Assembly: GCA_963720545.1 (NCBI GenBank) | Contig: OY970399.1 | Coordinates: forward strand, 960,001 to 1,024,000 | Reading direction: 5' to 3' | Source of the DNA: an uncultured Acidobacteriota bacterium | GTDB taxonomy: Bacteria; Acidobacteriota; Vicinamibacteria; Fen-336 | Length of the DNA: 64,000 nt | Notes under the pieces: model-generated | Databases searched by the model: none | The model's input: the letters and a program-made list of their open reading frames with translations, nothing else | Told to the model about the DNA's origin: nothing | Made by a program: the position numbers and the translations under genes | Shown here: piece after piece, positions 32,416 through 41,890 of the stretch | How the letters are laid out: each line of letters starts with the position of its first letter | Position numbering within the stretch: position 1 is the first letter of the stretch

Positions 32416-33626
32416 CGGGCGGAGAGCACCTGAAGCGAACGGCCAACGCGGGTGAACGCCGCGACCGCCGCCTCGATGTGCTCGACCGTGTGCCCCGCCG
32501 AGATCTGCACACGGATCCGCGCGCGGCCCTTCGGCACCACCGGAAAGAAGAAGCCCTTCACGTAGACACCCTCGTCGAGCAGGGCGCGCGCGAACTTCTG
32601 CGCGAGCGGTGCGTCATCGGGAGCGAACCTGGAGAACATGATGGGCACGATCGGGTGGACGCCGGGGCGAATGTCGAAGCCGGCCGCCGTCATGCGCTCG
32701 CGGAAGAGGCGCGTGTTCGACTCGAGCCGGTCGCGCAGCTCCGTGGTGCCCGACAGCAGCGCCAGAGCCGCGCGGGTCGCGCCGGCAACCACCGGCGGCA
32801 GCGAGTTGGAGAAGAGGTAAGGGCGGCTGCGCTGCCGCAGCATCTCGATCACTTCCCTGCGGCCCGCGGTGCAGCCGCCGGCGGCGCCGCCGAGCGCCTT
32901 GCCGAAGGTGGTGGTGATGATGTCGACGCGGCCCGCAACCCCGCAGTGCTCGGGCGTGCCGCGGCCGGTCTTGCCCATGAAACCGGTGGCATGGGAGTCG
33001 TCCACCATCACCATCGCCTTGTACTTGTCGGCGAGGTCGCAGATCTCGGCGAGCGGCGCCACGTGTCCGTCCATCGAGAAGACGCCGTCAGTGACGATCA
33101 GGCGAAAGCGCTGCGCCTGCGCCTCCTGCAATTTCTTCTCGAGATCCGCCATGTCGGCGTTCTCGTAGACGTAGCGCTTCGCCTTGCACAACCGCACGCC
33201 GTCGATGATCGAGGCGTGATTGAGCTTGTCGGTGAGGATCGCATCGGCGTCGCCGAGCAACGGTTCGAAGACGCCGCCGTTCGCGTCGAAGCAGGCCACG
33301 TAGAGGATGGCGTCGTCCATGCCGAGAAACGCCGCGGCACTCGCCTCGAGGTCCTTGTGCAGCTGCTGCGTGCCGCAGATGAAGCGCACGCTGGAAAGGC
33401 CGTAACCCCATTCGTCGAGCGTCTGGTGCGCGGCTTGCAGCAGCTGCGGGTGCGAGGACAGCCCGAGATAGTTGTTGGCGCAGAAGTTGAGCACCTCCTG
33501 CTCGCGGCCGGCGACGCGGATCTTCGGCCCCTGCGGCCCGAGGATCGGCCACTCCTCCTTGTACAGTCCCTGGGCCTTGACCTGTTCGATCTCGCCCGCC
33601 AGGTGTCGCGCAAAGTCGCTGTCCAT
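32412..33626 (-). CDS. kbl: Glycine C-acetyltransferase (2-amino-3-ketobutyrate CoA ligase)
   Basis: NFCANNYLGL, SVRFICGT, CFDANGG, TFGKALGG, RSRPYLFSN. Confidence 0.95.
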   Translation of the reverse strand: MDSDFARHLAGEIEQVKAQGLYKEEWPILGPQGPKIRVAGREQEVLNFCANNYLGLSSHPQLLQAAHQTLDEWGYGLSSVRFICGTQQLHKDLEASAAAFLGMDDAILYVACFDANGGVFEPLLGDADAILTDKLNHASIIDGVRLCKAKRYVYENADMADLEKKLQEAQAQRFRLIVTDGVFSMDGHVAPLAEICDLADKYKAMVMVDDSHATGFMGKTGRGTPEHCGVAGRVDIITTTFGKALGGAAGGCTAGRREVIEMLRQRSRPYLFSNSLPPVVAGATRAALALLSGTTELRDRLESNTRLFRERMTAAGFDIRPGVHPIVPIMFSRFAPDDAPLAQKFARALLDEGVYVKGFFFPVVPKGRARIRVQISAGHTVEHIEAAVAAFTRVGRSLQVLSAR

Positions 33627-33651
33627 CGCGGAATTCTACGGCGGGCGCTTA

Positions 33652-33700
33652 CCCCTTGCTTACCGAGGGAAGGCTCGCTATGCTTCTCACGGTAACCGAT
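33652..33700 (+). promoter_or_regulatory. Sigma70-type promoter with putative PadR operator palindromes
   Basis: TTGCTT(33656)-17 nt-TATGCT(33679); imperfect inverted repeats CCCTTG-N5-CGAGGG and CGG-TAA-CCG. Confidence 0.5.
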
Positions 33701-34036
33701 ATGAGCAAACCGAGCGACCTCGTCCAGGGCACCCTCGACCTGCTGCTGCTGAAGATCCTGGCGCTCGAGCCCCTGCACGGCTGGGCCATCAGCCTGCGCC
33801 TGCGCTCGATCTCGAACGACGTGCTGCAGGTGAGCGAAGGCTCCCTCTACCCTGCCCTGCACAAGCTGGAGCAGGAAGGCTGGATCGCGGCCGAGTGGAA
33901 ACAGACCGAGAACAACCGCCGCGCCAAGTTCTATTCGCTCACGCGCGCGGGCCGCAAGCAGCTCGACACCGAGGCCGCCAACTGGCAGCGCCTCTCGAGC
34001 GCCATCTCGCAGGTGGTGCGGCTGTCGGAGACCTAG
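33701..34036 (+). CDS. PadR family transcriptional regulator (acidobacterial type)
   Basis: QGTLDLLLLK, HGWAI, EGSLYPALHKLE, NNRRAKFY. Confidence 0.93.
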   Translation: MSKPSDLVQGTLDLLLLKILALEPLHGWAISLRLRSISNDVLQVSEGSLYPALHKLEQEGWIAAEWKQTENNRRAKFYSLTRAGRKQLDTEAANWQRLSSAISQVVRLSET

Positions 34037-34040
34037 CCGT

Positions 34041-35915
34041 TCACCGGTAACCCGCCGCCTGCAGCTCGAAGAGCTCGGAATAGCGGCGGCCGGCGGCCAG
34101 CAGCTCTTCGTGGGTGCCGACCTCCTCGATCTCGCCTTCGTGCAGCACCAGGATGCGGTCGGCCATGCGCACCGTCGAGAAGCGGTGCGAGATGAGCACC
34201 GCGGTCTTGGCTTCGCTCAGGTCCTTGAAGCGCTGGAACACTTCGTATTCCGAGCGCGCGTCGAGCGCCGCGGTGGGCTCGTCGAGTATCAGGAGCTGCG
34301 CGTCGCGCATGTAGGCGCGGGCTATGGCGACCTTCTGCCATTCGCCGCCCGAAAGGTCGACGCCCTTGCGGAAGCGCTTGCCGATGACCTGCTGGTAGCG
34401 GTCCGGCAGCTTCTCGATCACCTCGTTGGCCAGGCTGCGCGCGGCGGCTTCCCGGATGCGCGACTGGTCGTCGCGCGCCTCGATGCGGCCGACGGCGATG
34501 TTCTCGCCGGCCGTCATGTGATAGCGCACGAAGTCCTGGAAGATGACGCCGACGTTGGCGCGCAGGTCGTCGAGGCTGTACTCGCGCAGGTCGTGGCCGT
34601 CCAGCAGGATGCGCCCCTCATCGGGATCGTAGAGCCGCGCCAGCAGCTTCACGAGCGTCGTCTTGCCGGCGCCGTTCTCGCCCACCAGCGCCAGCACCTC
34701 GCCGGCGCGCAGCGAGAAGCTCAGGTTGCGGTTGGCCCAGCGCTCGGCGCCGGGATAGCGAAAGCCGACGTTTTCAAAGACGACGCCTTCGCGCATCGGC
34801 CGCGGGAACGGCCGCGGCTTGTCGGGCGAGCGGATTTCCGGCTTGATCTCGAAGAACGAGAACAGGTCGTCGAGATAGAGCGACTGGCCCGCGACCGAGG
34901 AAAACCCGCCGAGGAACGCCTCGAGCAGCTGGCGCAGGCGGCGGAACGAGCCGGCGAGAAACGTCAGGTCGCCGATGGTGAAGGCGCCGCCGATGGTGCG
35001 CAGGGCGATGTAGACGTACGCGGCGTAGTAGCCCGCGGTGCCGATGGTCGTGAGGATCGCACCCCAGAAGGCGCGCTGTTGCGCGAGCTTGCGGTTGGCG
35101 GCGTAGAAGCGTGTCGCCAGTTCCCAGTAGCGCGCGATCAGGAACGACGACAGGCCGAAGATCTTCACTTCCTTCGCGGTCTCGACGCTGGCGCCCGCCT
35201 GGCGCAGGTAGTCGAGCTCGCGGCGCTCCGGCGTCCACAGGAACGCGAGCGAGTAACTGCGGGCGTTGAAGTGCGCCTCGCCGATGAACGCGGGCACCAG
35301 CGCCAGCGCCATCAGGCCGATGAGCCACGGCGCGTAGATCGCCATCGACGCCGCGAACGTGAGGATGGTGACGAAGTCCTGAGCGTAGCCGAACACCTGG
35401 CCGAGGAGCGCCGTGCGTCCCGAGGTCTGGCGGCGCGCGCGCTCGAGTCGGTCCTGGGTGTCGCTGTCCTCGAAGTCCTCGAGGTCGAGCGTGGCGGCGT
35501 GCTCCATGAGGCGGATGCTCATGCTGTTGCTGACGCGCTCGGAGAGCAGCGCATCCATGAGACCGACGGTGCGCCCGAAGACGTCGGACGCGATCGCCAG
35601 CCCGAACTCGGCGCCGAGCAGCCACCACAGGTGCCGCGGCACCGCGGCCGAGCCGCCGGCGGTGAGCAGGTGCGCGACCTCGTCGATAATGAGCTTGCCG
35701 ACGTAGAGGGTTGCGACCGGCAGGAAGGCGCGAATGAGGCGCAGGAACAGGACGCCGGCCGTGAGCGACGGGCTGGTCCGCCAGACGAGCAGCAGGAAGG
35801 CCGGCAGGTTGCGCATGGCGCCGAGGCGCTCGCGCAGGGTCTTGGGCGGCGTCAGTCCGTCACGCCGGGCCGAGCCTTCCTGGAAGCCTGGCCGGATACG
35901 ATCGCCACGAGCCAC
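34041..35915 (-). CDS. ABC exporter, fused permease/ATP-binding
   Basis: TM domain, then GENGAGKTT, LSGGEWQK, LDEPT. Confidence 0.92.
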   Translation of the reverse strand: MARGDRIRPGFQEGSARRDGLTPPKTLRERLGAMRNLPAFLLLVWRTSPSLTAGVLFLRLIRAFLPVATLYVGKLIIDEVAHLLTAGGSAAVPRHLWWLLGAEFGLAIASDVFGRTVGLMDALLSERVSNSMSIRLMEHAATLDLEDFEDSDTQDRLERARRQTSGRTALLGQVFGYAQDFVTILTFAASMAIYAPWLIGLMALALVPAFIGEAHFNARSYSLAFLWTPERRELDYLRQAGASVETAKEVKIFGLSSFLIARYWELATRFYAANRKLAQQRAFWGAILTTIGTAGYYAAYVYIALRTIGGAFTIGDLTFLAGSFRRLRQLLEAFLGGFSSVAGQSLYLDDLFSFFEIKPEIRSPDKPRPFPRPMREGVVFENVGFRYPGAERWANRNLSFSLRAGEVLALVGENGAGKTTLVKLLARLYDPDEGRILLDGHDLREYSLDDLRANVGVIFQDFVRYHMTAGENIAVGRIEARDDQSRIREAAARSLANEVIEKLPDRYQQVIGKRFRKGVDLSGGEWQKVAIARAYMRDAQLLILDEPTAALDARSEYEVFQRFKDLSEAKTAVLISHRFSTVRMADRILVLHEGEIEEVGTHEELLAAGRRYSELFELQAAGYR

Positions 35916-35939
35916 GCCGCGATCTTAACGGAGACAGCG

Positions 35940-36911
35940 ATGACCATTCTGCCGAAGGCACCCCTTGCTCTGATGGCCGCCGTGCTGTTCGCCGCATCGG
36001 CAGCCGCTGCCGCGGAACGCCAGGTGGCGGTGACCTTCGACGACCTGCCGGGTCCCGCGGCAGGACTCGTCTCACCAGATGCGGCATTCGTCTGCGACAA
36101 CACGCGCAAGCTGCTCGCCGCCTTCAAGGCGCACGGCGTGCCGGTCGTCGGCTTCGTCAACGAGAACAAGCTGAACCGCCCGGGCGAGACGGCTGAGGAC
36201 GCGGCGCTGCGCCTCGCGACGCTCGACCTGTGGCTCGACGCCGGCCTCGAGCTCGGCAACCACTCCTTCTCGCACCGCAGCCTCAACCGCACCCCTCTCG
36301 AGGAGTTCGAGGCCGACGTGGTGCGCGGCGAGACCGCCACCAAAGAGTTGCTCGCTCGCCGCGGCAAGACGCTGCGCTACTTCCGCCATCCGTTCCTGCA
36401 GGTGGGGCTCGACCTCGACAAGCGGCGCGCCTTCGAGGCGTTCCTGAAGGTGCGCGGCTACACCATCGCTCCCGTGACCATGGACAACGACGAGTACATG
36501 TACGCGTTCGTCTACGCCGACGCGCTGCGGCGCAAGGACGCGGCGCTTGCGGGAAAGGTCGCCGCCGATTACCTGCGCTACATGGACGAGACGTTTGCCT
36601 ACGCGGAGGCACTGGCGCAAAGTGTCGTTGGCCGCGACATCTGCCACACCCTGCTGCTGCACGCGAACACGCTGAACGCCGACCACTTCGGTGCGCTCGC
36701 CGATGTGCTCCAGAAGCGCGGCTACAAGTTCATCACCCTCGAGGAGGCGCTGAAGGACGGCGCCTATGCCCTGCCGGACGCGTACGTCGGCGGCTGGGGC
36801 GTCTCCTGGCTGACCCACTGGGAGCTGAGCGCCGGCCGGAAGCGCACGCCCGCGCCCGATCCGCCGCAGTGGCTCCTCAAGGCCTACGAATCGCTTAGCA
36901 TTTCGCAATGA
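35940..36911 (+). CDS. Secreted polysaccharide deacetylase family protein (CE4)
   Basis: Signal peptide; TFDD, NHSFSH, FRHPF, LLLH. Confidence 0.88.
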   Translation: MTILPKAPLALMAAVLFAASAAAAAERQVAVTFDDLPGPAAGLVSPDAAFVCDNTRKLLAAFKAHGVPVVGFVNENKLNRPGETAEDAALRLATLDLWLDAGLELGNHSFSHRSLNRTPLEEFEADVVRGETATKELLARRGKTLRYFRHPFLQVGLDLDKRRAFEAFLKVRGYTIAPVTMDNDEYMYAFVYADALRRKDAALAGKVAADYLRYMDETFAYAEALAQSVVGRDICHTLLLHANTLNADHFGALADVLQKRGYKFITLEEALKDGAYALPDAYVGGWGVSWLTHWELSAGRKRTPAPDPPQWLLKAYESLSISQ

Positions 36912-37501
36912 GCGATCCTCTCAGGCGGCGTGTCGTGGTGGGCCTCACCGGCGCCACCGGAGCCGTCTACGGCGTGCGGATCCTCGAGTCGCTGCGCGCC
37001 ATGGACTCGGTCGAGACCCATCTCGTCCTCAGCATGCCGGCGAAGCGCACGCTGGTGGAGGAAACCGACTACACCGTTCGCGACGTCGAGGAGCTGGCGG
37101 ATGTCGTCTACGACAACCGCGACATCGGCGCCGCCATCGCCAGCGGTTCGCTGCGGACCGCGGGCATGGTCATAGCACCGTGCAGCATCAAGACGGCATC
37201 GTGCCTTGCCACCGGCATCACCGACAACCTCATCACCCGGGCCGGCGACGTGGCGCTCAAGGAGCGCCGGCCGCTGGTGGTGCTGGTGCGCGAGTCGCCG
37301 CTGCACCTCGGCCACCTGCGCCAGCTCGCGGCGCTCGCCGAGATCGGCGCCGTCATCCTGCCGCCCATGCCCGCCTTCTACCCGCGCCCGAAGTCGGTGG
37401 ACGACCTCGTCAACCACACCGTGGGCCGCGCCCTCGACCACCTCGGCCTCGACCACGATCTCGTCCCCGAGTGGTCCGGCACCGGCCGGTTCCCGAAATA
37501 G
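36908..37501 (+). CDS. ubiX: Flavin prenyltransferase
   Basis: GLTGATGA, IASGS, APCS, RAGDVALKERR, RESP, PAFY. Confidence 0.93.
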   Translation: MSDPLRRRVVVGLTGATGAVYGVRILESLRAMDSVETHLVLSMPAKRTLVEETDYTVRDVEELADVVYDNRDIGAAIASGSLRTAGMVIAPCSIKTASCLATGITDNLITRAGDVALKERRPLVVLVRESPLHLGHLRQLAALAEIGAVILPPMPAFYPRPKSVDDLVNHTVGRALDHLGLDHDLVPEWSGTGRFPK

Positions 37502-37895
37502 TCATCGACGGATTGGCGGTCGTTCGCATCCAATCCGTCGATTCCTTTCTTGTCTTTCCCCAGGCGCTTGCGTCCGCCATCGACGGATTGGCTTTCCGTC
37601 TCCGTCCAATCCGTCGATTTCCTTTCCTTTCGTTCCCCAGGCGCTTGCGTCAATGTCCGTTCGTTGTCCGTCCCCCCAGGCGCTTGCGTCAGCGTCCGCT
37701 GCCACAGTGGCGTGCAACTCAATTGCTGCCCCGCAAGTAGCGCGGACTAAAGCCACGGGGTTTTACTCGGCGGGTTCTTCGGGCCAGCGGCAATCGCAAG
37801 GAGCCTCGGAACTTCGGGCTGACGCAAGCGCCTGGGAAACGGAAGAACGGAAATCGACGGATTGGACATGAACGACCGCCAATCCGTCGATGACG
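37501..37895. repeat. Composite palindromic repeat element (REP/REPIN/MITE-like) with about 74-bp terminal inverted repeats
   Basis: Three hairpins ATCGACGGATTGG-N13/14-CCAATCCGTCGAT (37504, 37579, 37853) and four copies of CCCAGGCGCTTGCGTC (three on +, one on -). Confidence 0.9.
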
Positions 37896-39287
37896 TCAGG
37901 CTACCTCGGCGTGCGGCAACGCCGGGGTATCGCGGTCGTCGGGGGCCAGCTGCCAGAAGATGAGCGCGGACGCGGCGGTGATCAGGCCGACGCTCAGGAA
38001 ACTCCACTGGAAGGACGGCAGAGCGGCGAGGCCGGCCTCATGGCCGGTGCCGGTGAAGATCGCGAGCAGCAAGCTCGAGCAGGCGACGCCGAGGCTCATG
38101 GAGAGGGTCATCACCATCGACAGCAGGCTGTTGCCAGCACTTGCGTGCTGGGTGTCGAGGTCCTTGAGGGTCACGGTGTTCATGGCCGTGAACTGCAGCG
38201 AGTTGAAGGCGCCGAACAGCGAGAACTGGGCGATCCGGAGCCACTCCGCCTGGCCCGGTGAGATGAAGACGAAGCTCGCCATCGACAGGCCGACGAGCAC
38301 CGTGTTGCCCACCAGCACCTTGCGGTAGCCGAGCCGGGTGACGAGCGGCACCGCCAGCTGGCGCGCCAGCAGGCCGGCGATCGCCACGGGAATCATCGCC
38401 ATTCCCGATTGCAGCGCGTCGTAGCCGAGGCTCACCTGCAGCACCAGCGGGATGAGGAACGGCATGCCGCCGGTGCCGAGCCGCGAGAACAGGTTGCCGA
38501 GGATGCCGACGCGGAAGGTGTGGTTCGCGAACAAGCCCGGCGGGAACAGCGGATGCGGCACGCGCGTCGCGTGCAGCCAGTAGGCGACGAAGGTGGCCAT
38601 GCCGAAGATGAACATCACCAGGATGGTGGCGCGGCGCAGGCTCAGTTCGGCAAGGCCGTCGAGCGCCAGCGACACCGCCATCATGGTGAACGCGAGCATC
38701 AGGTAGCCGATCGCATCGAAGCGCGCCACCTTCAGCCGCGAGTCTTCCATGTACAGGAACGTCGCCGCGATGGCCGCCAGGCCCACCGGGATGTTGATGA
38801 GGAAGATCCAGTGCCATGACGCCACCGCCACCAGCCATCCGCCGAGCGGCGGGCCGACCAGCGGGCCGATGAGGCCCGGGATCGTCACGATCGTCATGGC
38901 GCGCAGGAACTCGCTGCGCGGCACCACGCGTATCAGCGCCAGCCGGCCCACCGGCATGAGCATCGCGCCGCCGATGCCCTGCAGCGCGCGCGACGCGACC
39001 AGCGCGCCGAGGGTCGTGGAACGGGCGCAAAGGAACGAACCGGTGGTGAACACTATGATCGCGCCGAGGAACGCCTTGCGGGTGCCGAAACGGTCGGCGA
39101 TCCAGCCCGAGGCGGGAATGACCATCGCCATCGCCAGGCCATAGGCGATGACCACCGCCTGCATGCGCAGCGGGCTCTCGCCCAGGTTGGCCGCGATCGC
39201 CGGCAGGGCGGTGTTGACGATGGTCGAGTCCAGCATCTGCATGAACGCGGCCACGGCCACGAGGCCCATCAAGGAGCGGTGTTTCAC
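37896..39287 (-). CDS. DHA2 family MFS efflux transporter (MdtD/HsrA-like)
   Basis: FMQMLDSTIVNTALP, GWIADRFG, WIFLINIPVG; about 14 TM. Confidence 0.9.
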   Translation of the reverse strand: MKHRSLMGLVAVAAFMQMLDSTIVNTALPAIAANLGESPLRMQAVVIAYGLAMAMVIPASGWIADRFGTRKAFLGAIIVFTTGSFLCARSTTLGALVASRALQGIGGAMLMPVGRLALIRVVPRSEFLRAMTIVTIPGLIGPLVGPPLGGWLVAVASWHWIFLINIPVGLAAIAATFLYMEDSRLKVARFDAIGYLMLAFTMMAVSLALDGLAELSLRRATILVMFIFGMATFVAYWLHATRVPHPLFPPGLFANHTFRVGILGNLFSRLGTGGMPFLIPLVLQVSLGYDALQSGMAMIPVAIAGLLARQLAVPLVTRLGYRKVLVGNTVLVGLSMASFVFISPGQAEWLRIAQFSLFGAFNSLQFTAMNTVTLKDLDTQHASAGNSLLSMVMTLSMSLGVACSSLLLAIFTGTGHEAGLAALPSFQWSFLSVGLITAASALIFWQLAPDDRDTPALPHAEVA

Positions 39288-39293
39288 GTCAGG

Positions 39294-39923
39294 TCACTTC
39301 ATCCAGGTCCGGCGGTTCGCGTAGTACTCCGGCTTGCGCCCGCCATGCGCCTGCTTGTAGGCGAGGTAACGGCGGCGCAGCGCGTGGTAACGGGAGTTGG
39401 ACATGCCGATCTTCTGGTGCGGATGGTAGATGAGCCACTGCTCCACCTTCCAGCGATTGTCGAGCGACAGGCGCCAGTCGTAACCGCCGAGGTCGCGCAG
39501 GTCGGCGAGACCGAACCCGACCACCCGGCCGGTCTCGTCCACGTACGTGTCCATGTAGCTCCTCGCGAGCGCCTTGACCGTGGCGAACAGCGGCCGGCGG
39601 CCGGTGAGCCCGGGATCGCGCGAGCGTGCCACGGCACCCCACTTGCCGCGCTCGCGGAAGACGTAGATGACGTGGTCGAGCCGGTCCTGCGACTGGAAGC
39701 TGACGAGCAGCGGCGGGTGGCCGTGCTGTTCCAGGATGGTGGCCGCGCTGAGCGCCGCTTCGAGGCAGTGAGCGGCGCCGTGGCGCACCACCTGGCGGAA
39801 GGCGCGCTGCGTCTCGCCACGCCTTTCCCAGTTGTACGGCAGCGCCGTGAGCCAGCGCTGCACCGCCCGCGGCGTGCGCAGCGCAGCGATGAGGCGGCGC
39901 TCCCGCGCTGTGAACGGCTTCAA
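39294..39923 (-). CDS. Transglutaminase/papain-like Cys-His protein of unknown function
   Basis: TTG start overlaps the SPFH stop; LPYN..AHCLEAAL..DHVIYVF..WGAVARSR. Confidence 0.7.
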   Translation of the reverse strand: MKPFTARERRLIAALRTPRAVQRWLTALPYNWERRGETQRAFRQVVRHGAAHCLEAALSAATILEQHGHPPLLVSFQSQDRLDHVIYVFRERGKWGAVARSRDPGLTGRRPLFATVKALARSYMDTYVDETGRVVGFGLADLRDLGGYDWRLSLDNRWKVEQWLIYHPHQKIGMSNSRYHALRRRYLAYKQAHGGRKPEYYANRRTWMK

Positions 39924-40867
39924 CGCCGCGGCAGCGGCGGTGTCTCGGATCCCTTCTGGCTGATCACTGTCATGGCCGCGGAGATCATCGAGGTGATGTC
40001 GGTGAGGTTGGCGGGGACGATGAGCGTGTTGCCGGCCTTCGCGAGGTTGCCGAAGCGCTCGATGTACTGCTCGGCGACGCGCAGCTGCACCGCCTCGAAG
40101 CCGCCCGGCTGGCCGATCGCGGCCGCCACCAGGCGGATGCCCTCGGCGGTCGCCTTCGCCACCGCCTCGATCGCGTTGGCCTCGCCGTCGGCCTCGTTGA
40201 TCTGCTGCTGGCGCTTGGCTTCGGACGCCTTGATCACCTGCTGCTTCTGGCCCTCGGCGGTGTTGATGGCGGCGTCGCGCTCGCCTTCCGAGCTGAGGAT
40301 GAGCGCGCGCTTCTCGCGCTCGGCGCGCATCTGCTTTTCCATCGCGGCGATGATGTCCTGCGGCGGCGTGATGTTCTTGATCTCGTAGCGCAGCACCTTC
40401 ACGCCCCATGCTTCCGAGGCCTTGTCCACCTCGGTGACCACCTGGGTGTTGATGTGGGTACGCTCCTCGAAGGTGCGGTCGAGGTCGATCTTGCCGATCT
40501 CGCTGCGCAGCGTCGTCTGCGCCAGCTGGATGATGGCGAAGTTGTAGTTCGAGATGCCGTAGGAGGCGCGCTCGGCGTCCATGATCTTGAGGTACAGGAT
40601 GCCGTCGATGTGCACCGTGACGTTGTCGCGGGTGATGCAGACCTGCTCGGGAATGTCGATCGCCTGTTCCTTCAGCACGTGGCGGTAGCGCACCACGTCC
40701 ATGAATGGCACCAGGATGTGCAGGCCGGCGTCGAGCACGCCCGCGAAGCGGCCGAGCCGCTCCACCACGTAGGCATGCTGCTGCGGCACGACCACCACGG
40801 TGCGGAAGAAGGCCCAGAAGACGAACAGCGCCAGGATGATGGCTACGACCACGAAACCCTCGAACAT
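39920..40867 (-). CDS. SPFH/paraslipin (QmcA-like) protein
   Basis: N-terminal TM, VVERLG, ITRDNV, WGVKVLRYEI, QMRAEREKRA. Confidence 0.92.
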   Translation of the reverse strand: MFEGFVVVAIILALFVFWAFFRTVVVVPQQHAYVVERLGRFAGVLDAGLHILVPFMDVVRYRHVLKEQAIDIPEQVCITRDNVTVHIDGILYLKIMDAERASYGISNYNFAIIQLAQTTLRSEIGKIDLDRTFEERTHINTQVVTEVDKASEAWGVKVLRYEIKNITPPQDIIAAMEKQMRAEREKRALILSSEGERDAAINTAEGQKQQVIKASEAKRQQQINEADGEANAIEAVAKATAEGIRLVAAAIGQPGGFEAVQLRVAEQYIERFGNLAKAGNTLIVPANLTDITSMISAAMTVISQKGSETPPLPRR

Positions 40868-40889
40868 GTCGTCTCCTCGCTCGCCGATG

Positions 40890-41318
40890 TCACTCGCTGC
40901 GCACCCACAACGTCAGCCCCTCGCGCCGCACCACGCGCGTGCGCTGGCCGCGCGGCAGGGTCGCGCCGTCGCAGCGGGCCGTCCAGCTGGCGCCGCGCAG
41001 CTCCACCTTGCCCACTTCGCCGGCGCGGATCTCCTCGGTGACGATCGCCGACTCCTCCTCGATTGCATCGACCGCACCCGGCCGGCCGCCGCTGTTGAAG
41101 CGCGCCTGCAGGGGCTTGCGGAGGAAGGCGAGCGACAGGATGCTGAAGACGGAGAAGAGCAGCCACTGGACCCAGGTGGGGCCCGCGGCGCCGACCAGGG
41201 CCAGCATGCCGACGATCAGCGCGCCGATGCCGAAGAAGAGAGCCATCAGGCCGCCGGGGGCCGCCAGTTCCAACCCGAGCAGGACCAAGCCGAGCACGAG
41301 CCAGTACCACCAGACCAT
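40890..41318 (-). CDS. NfeD family protein (short form)
   Basis: WWYWLVLG..ELAAPG TM helices, then OB-fold GKVELRGASWTAR; adjacent to SPFH gene. Confidence 0.9.
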   Translation of the reverse strand: MVWWYWLVLGLVLLGLELAAPGGLMALFFGIGALIVGMLALVGAAGPTWVQWLLFSVFSILSLAFLRKPLQARFNSGGRPGAVDAIEEESAIVTEEIRAGEVGKVELRGASWTARCDGATLPRGQRTRVVRREGLTLWVRSE

Positions 41319-41453
41319 GCGGGGGAGGCTAGTGCCCTTCGGCAGCCATTTCAAATCGTCAGGCCGCCGCGGATGGTACATTCTTGAACAGTTTCAGTAC
41401 GTTCGGCTAGACTGCCGCCGCTGCCCTCTACAACGACGCGAGGTCGCGCCCAG

Positions 41454-41879
41454 GTGCCTGACGATCGTTCGTCGCTGCCACTTTCCCACCGCCGGGTCGT
41501 CGTCGTCGATGACGACGTCATCGTGCAACGCGTCGTCAGCCAGGCCCTGATCCACAGCGGGGCCGATGTCGAGTCCTGCGACGACGGCGCGGCGGCGCTC
41601 GCCGCCATCACCCGCCAGGTGCCCGACCTCGTGATCCTCGACATCAGCATGCCGGTGATGGGCGGCCTGGAACTGCTCGAGAAGCTGCGCGCCCGCGCCG
41701 AGACCGCCGACCTGCCGGTGGTCATCCACACCGGCTGCGCCGAGCACGAGTATCTCGAGGAGGCGCGCACCCTGCGCGCGGCTGCGGTCCTCAACAAGCC
41801 GACCCGGCCCAGCGAGGTCGTTAACACCGCGCGGCAGGTGCTGGAAGGCGCCCGCCCGCTGCTGCAAAGCGCCCGCTAG
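41454..41879 (+). CDS. Single-domain response regulator
   Basis: VVDDD, ILDISMPVMGG, T, KP. Confidence 0.9.
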   Translation: MPDDRSSLPLSHRRVVVVDDDVIVQRVVSQALIHSGADVESCDDGAAALAAITRQVPDLVILDISMPVMGGLELLEKLRARAETADLPVVIHTGCAEHEYLEEARTLRAAAVLNKPTRPSEVVNTARQVLEGARPLLQSAR

Positions 41880-41890
41880 ACTCGCTTCTC

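Noticed and set aside
37501..37895. CRISPR array
   Set aside because: Units are palindromic with inverted orientation and irregular, low-complexity spacers; no cas genes in the window
37180..38007. Short ORFs across the repeat region
   Set aside because: They are translations of the repeats (recurring DASAWG/PRRLR) with no RBS or coding signal
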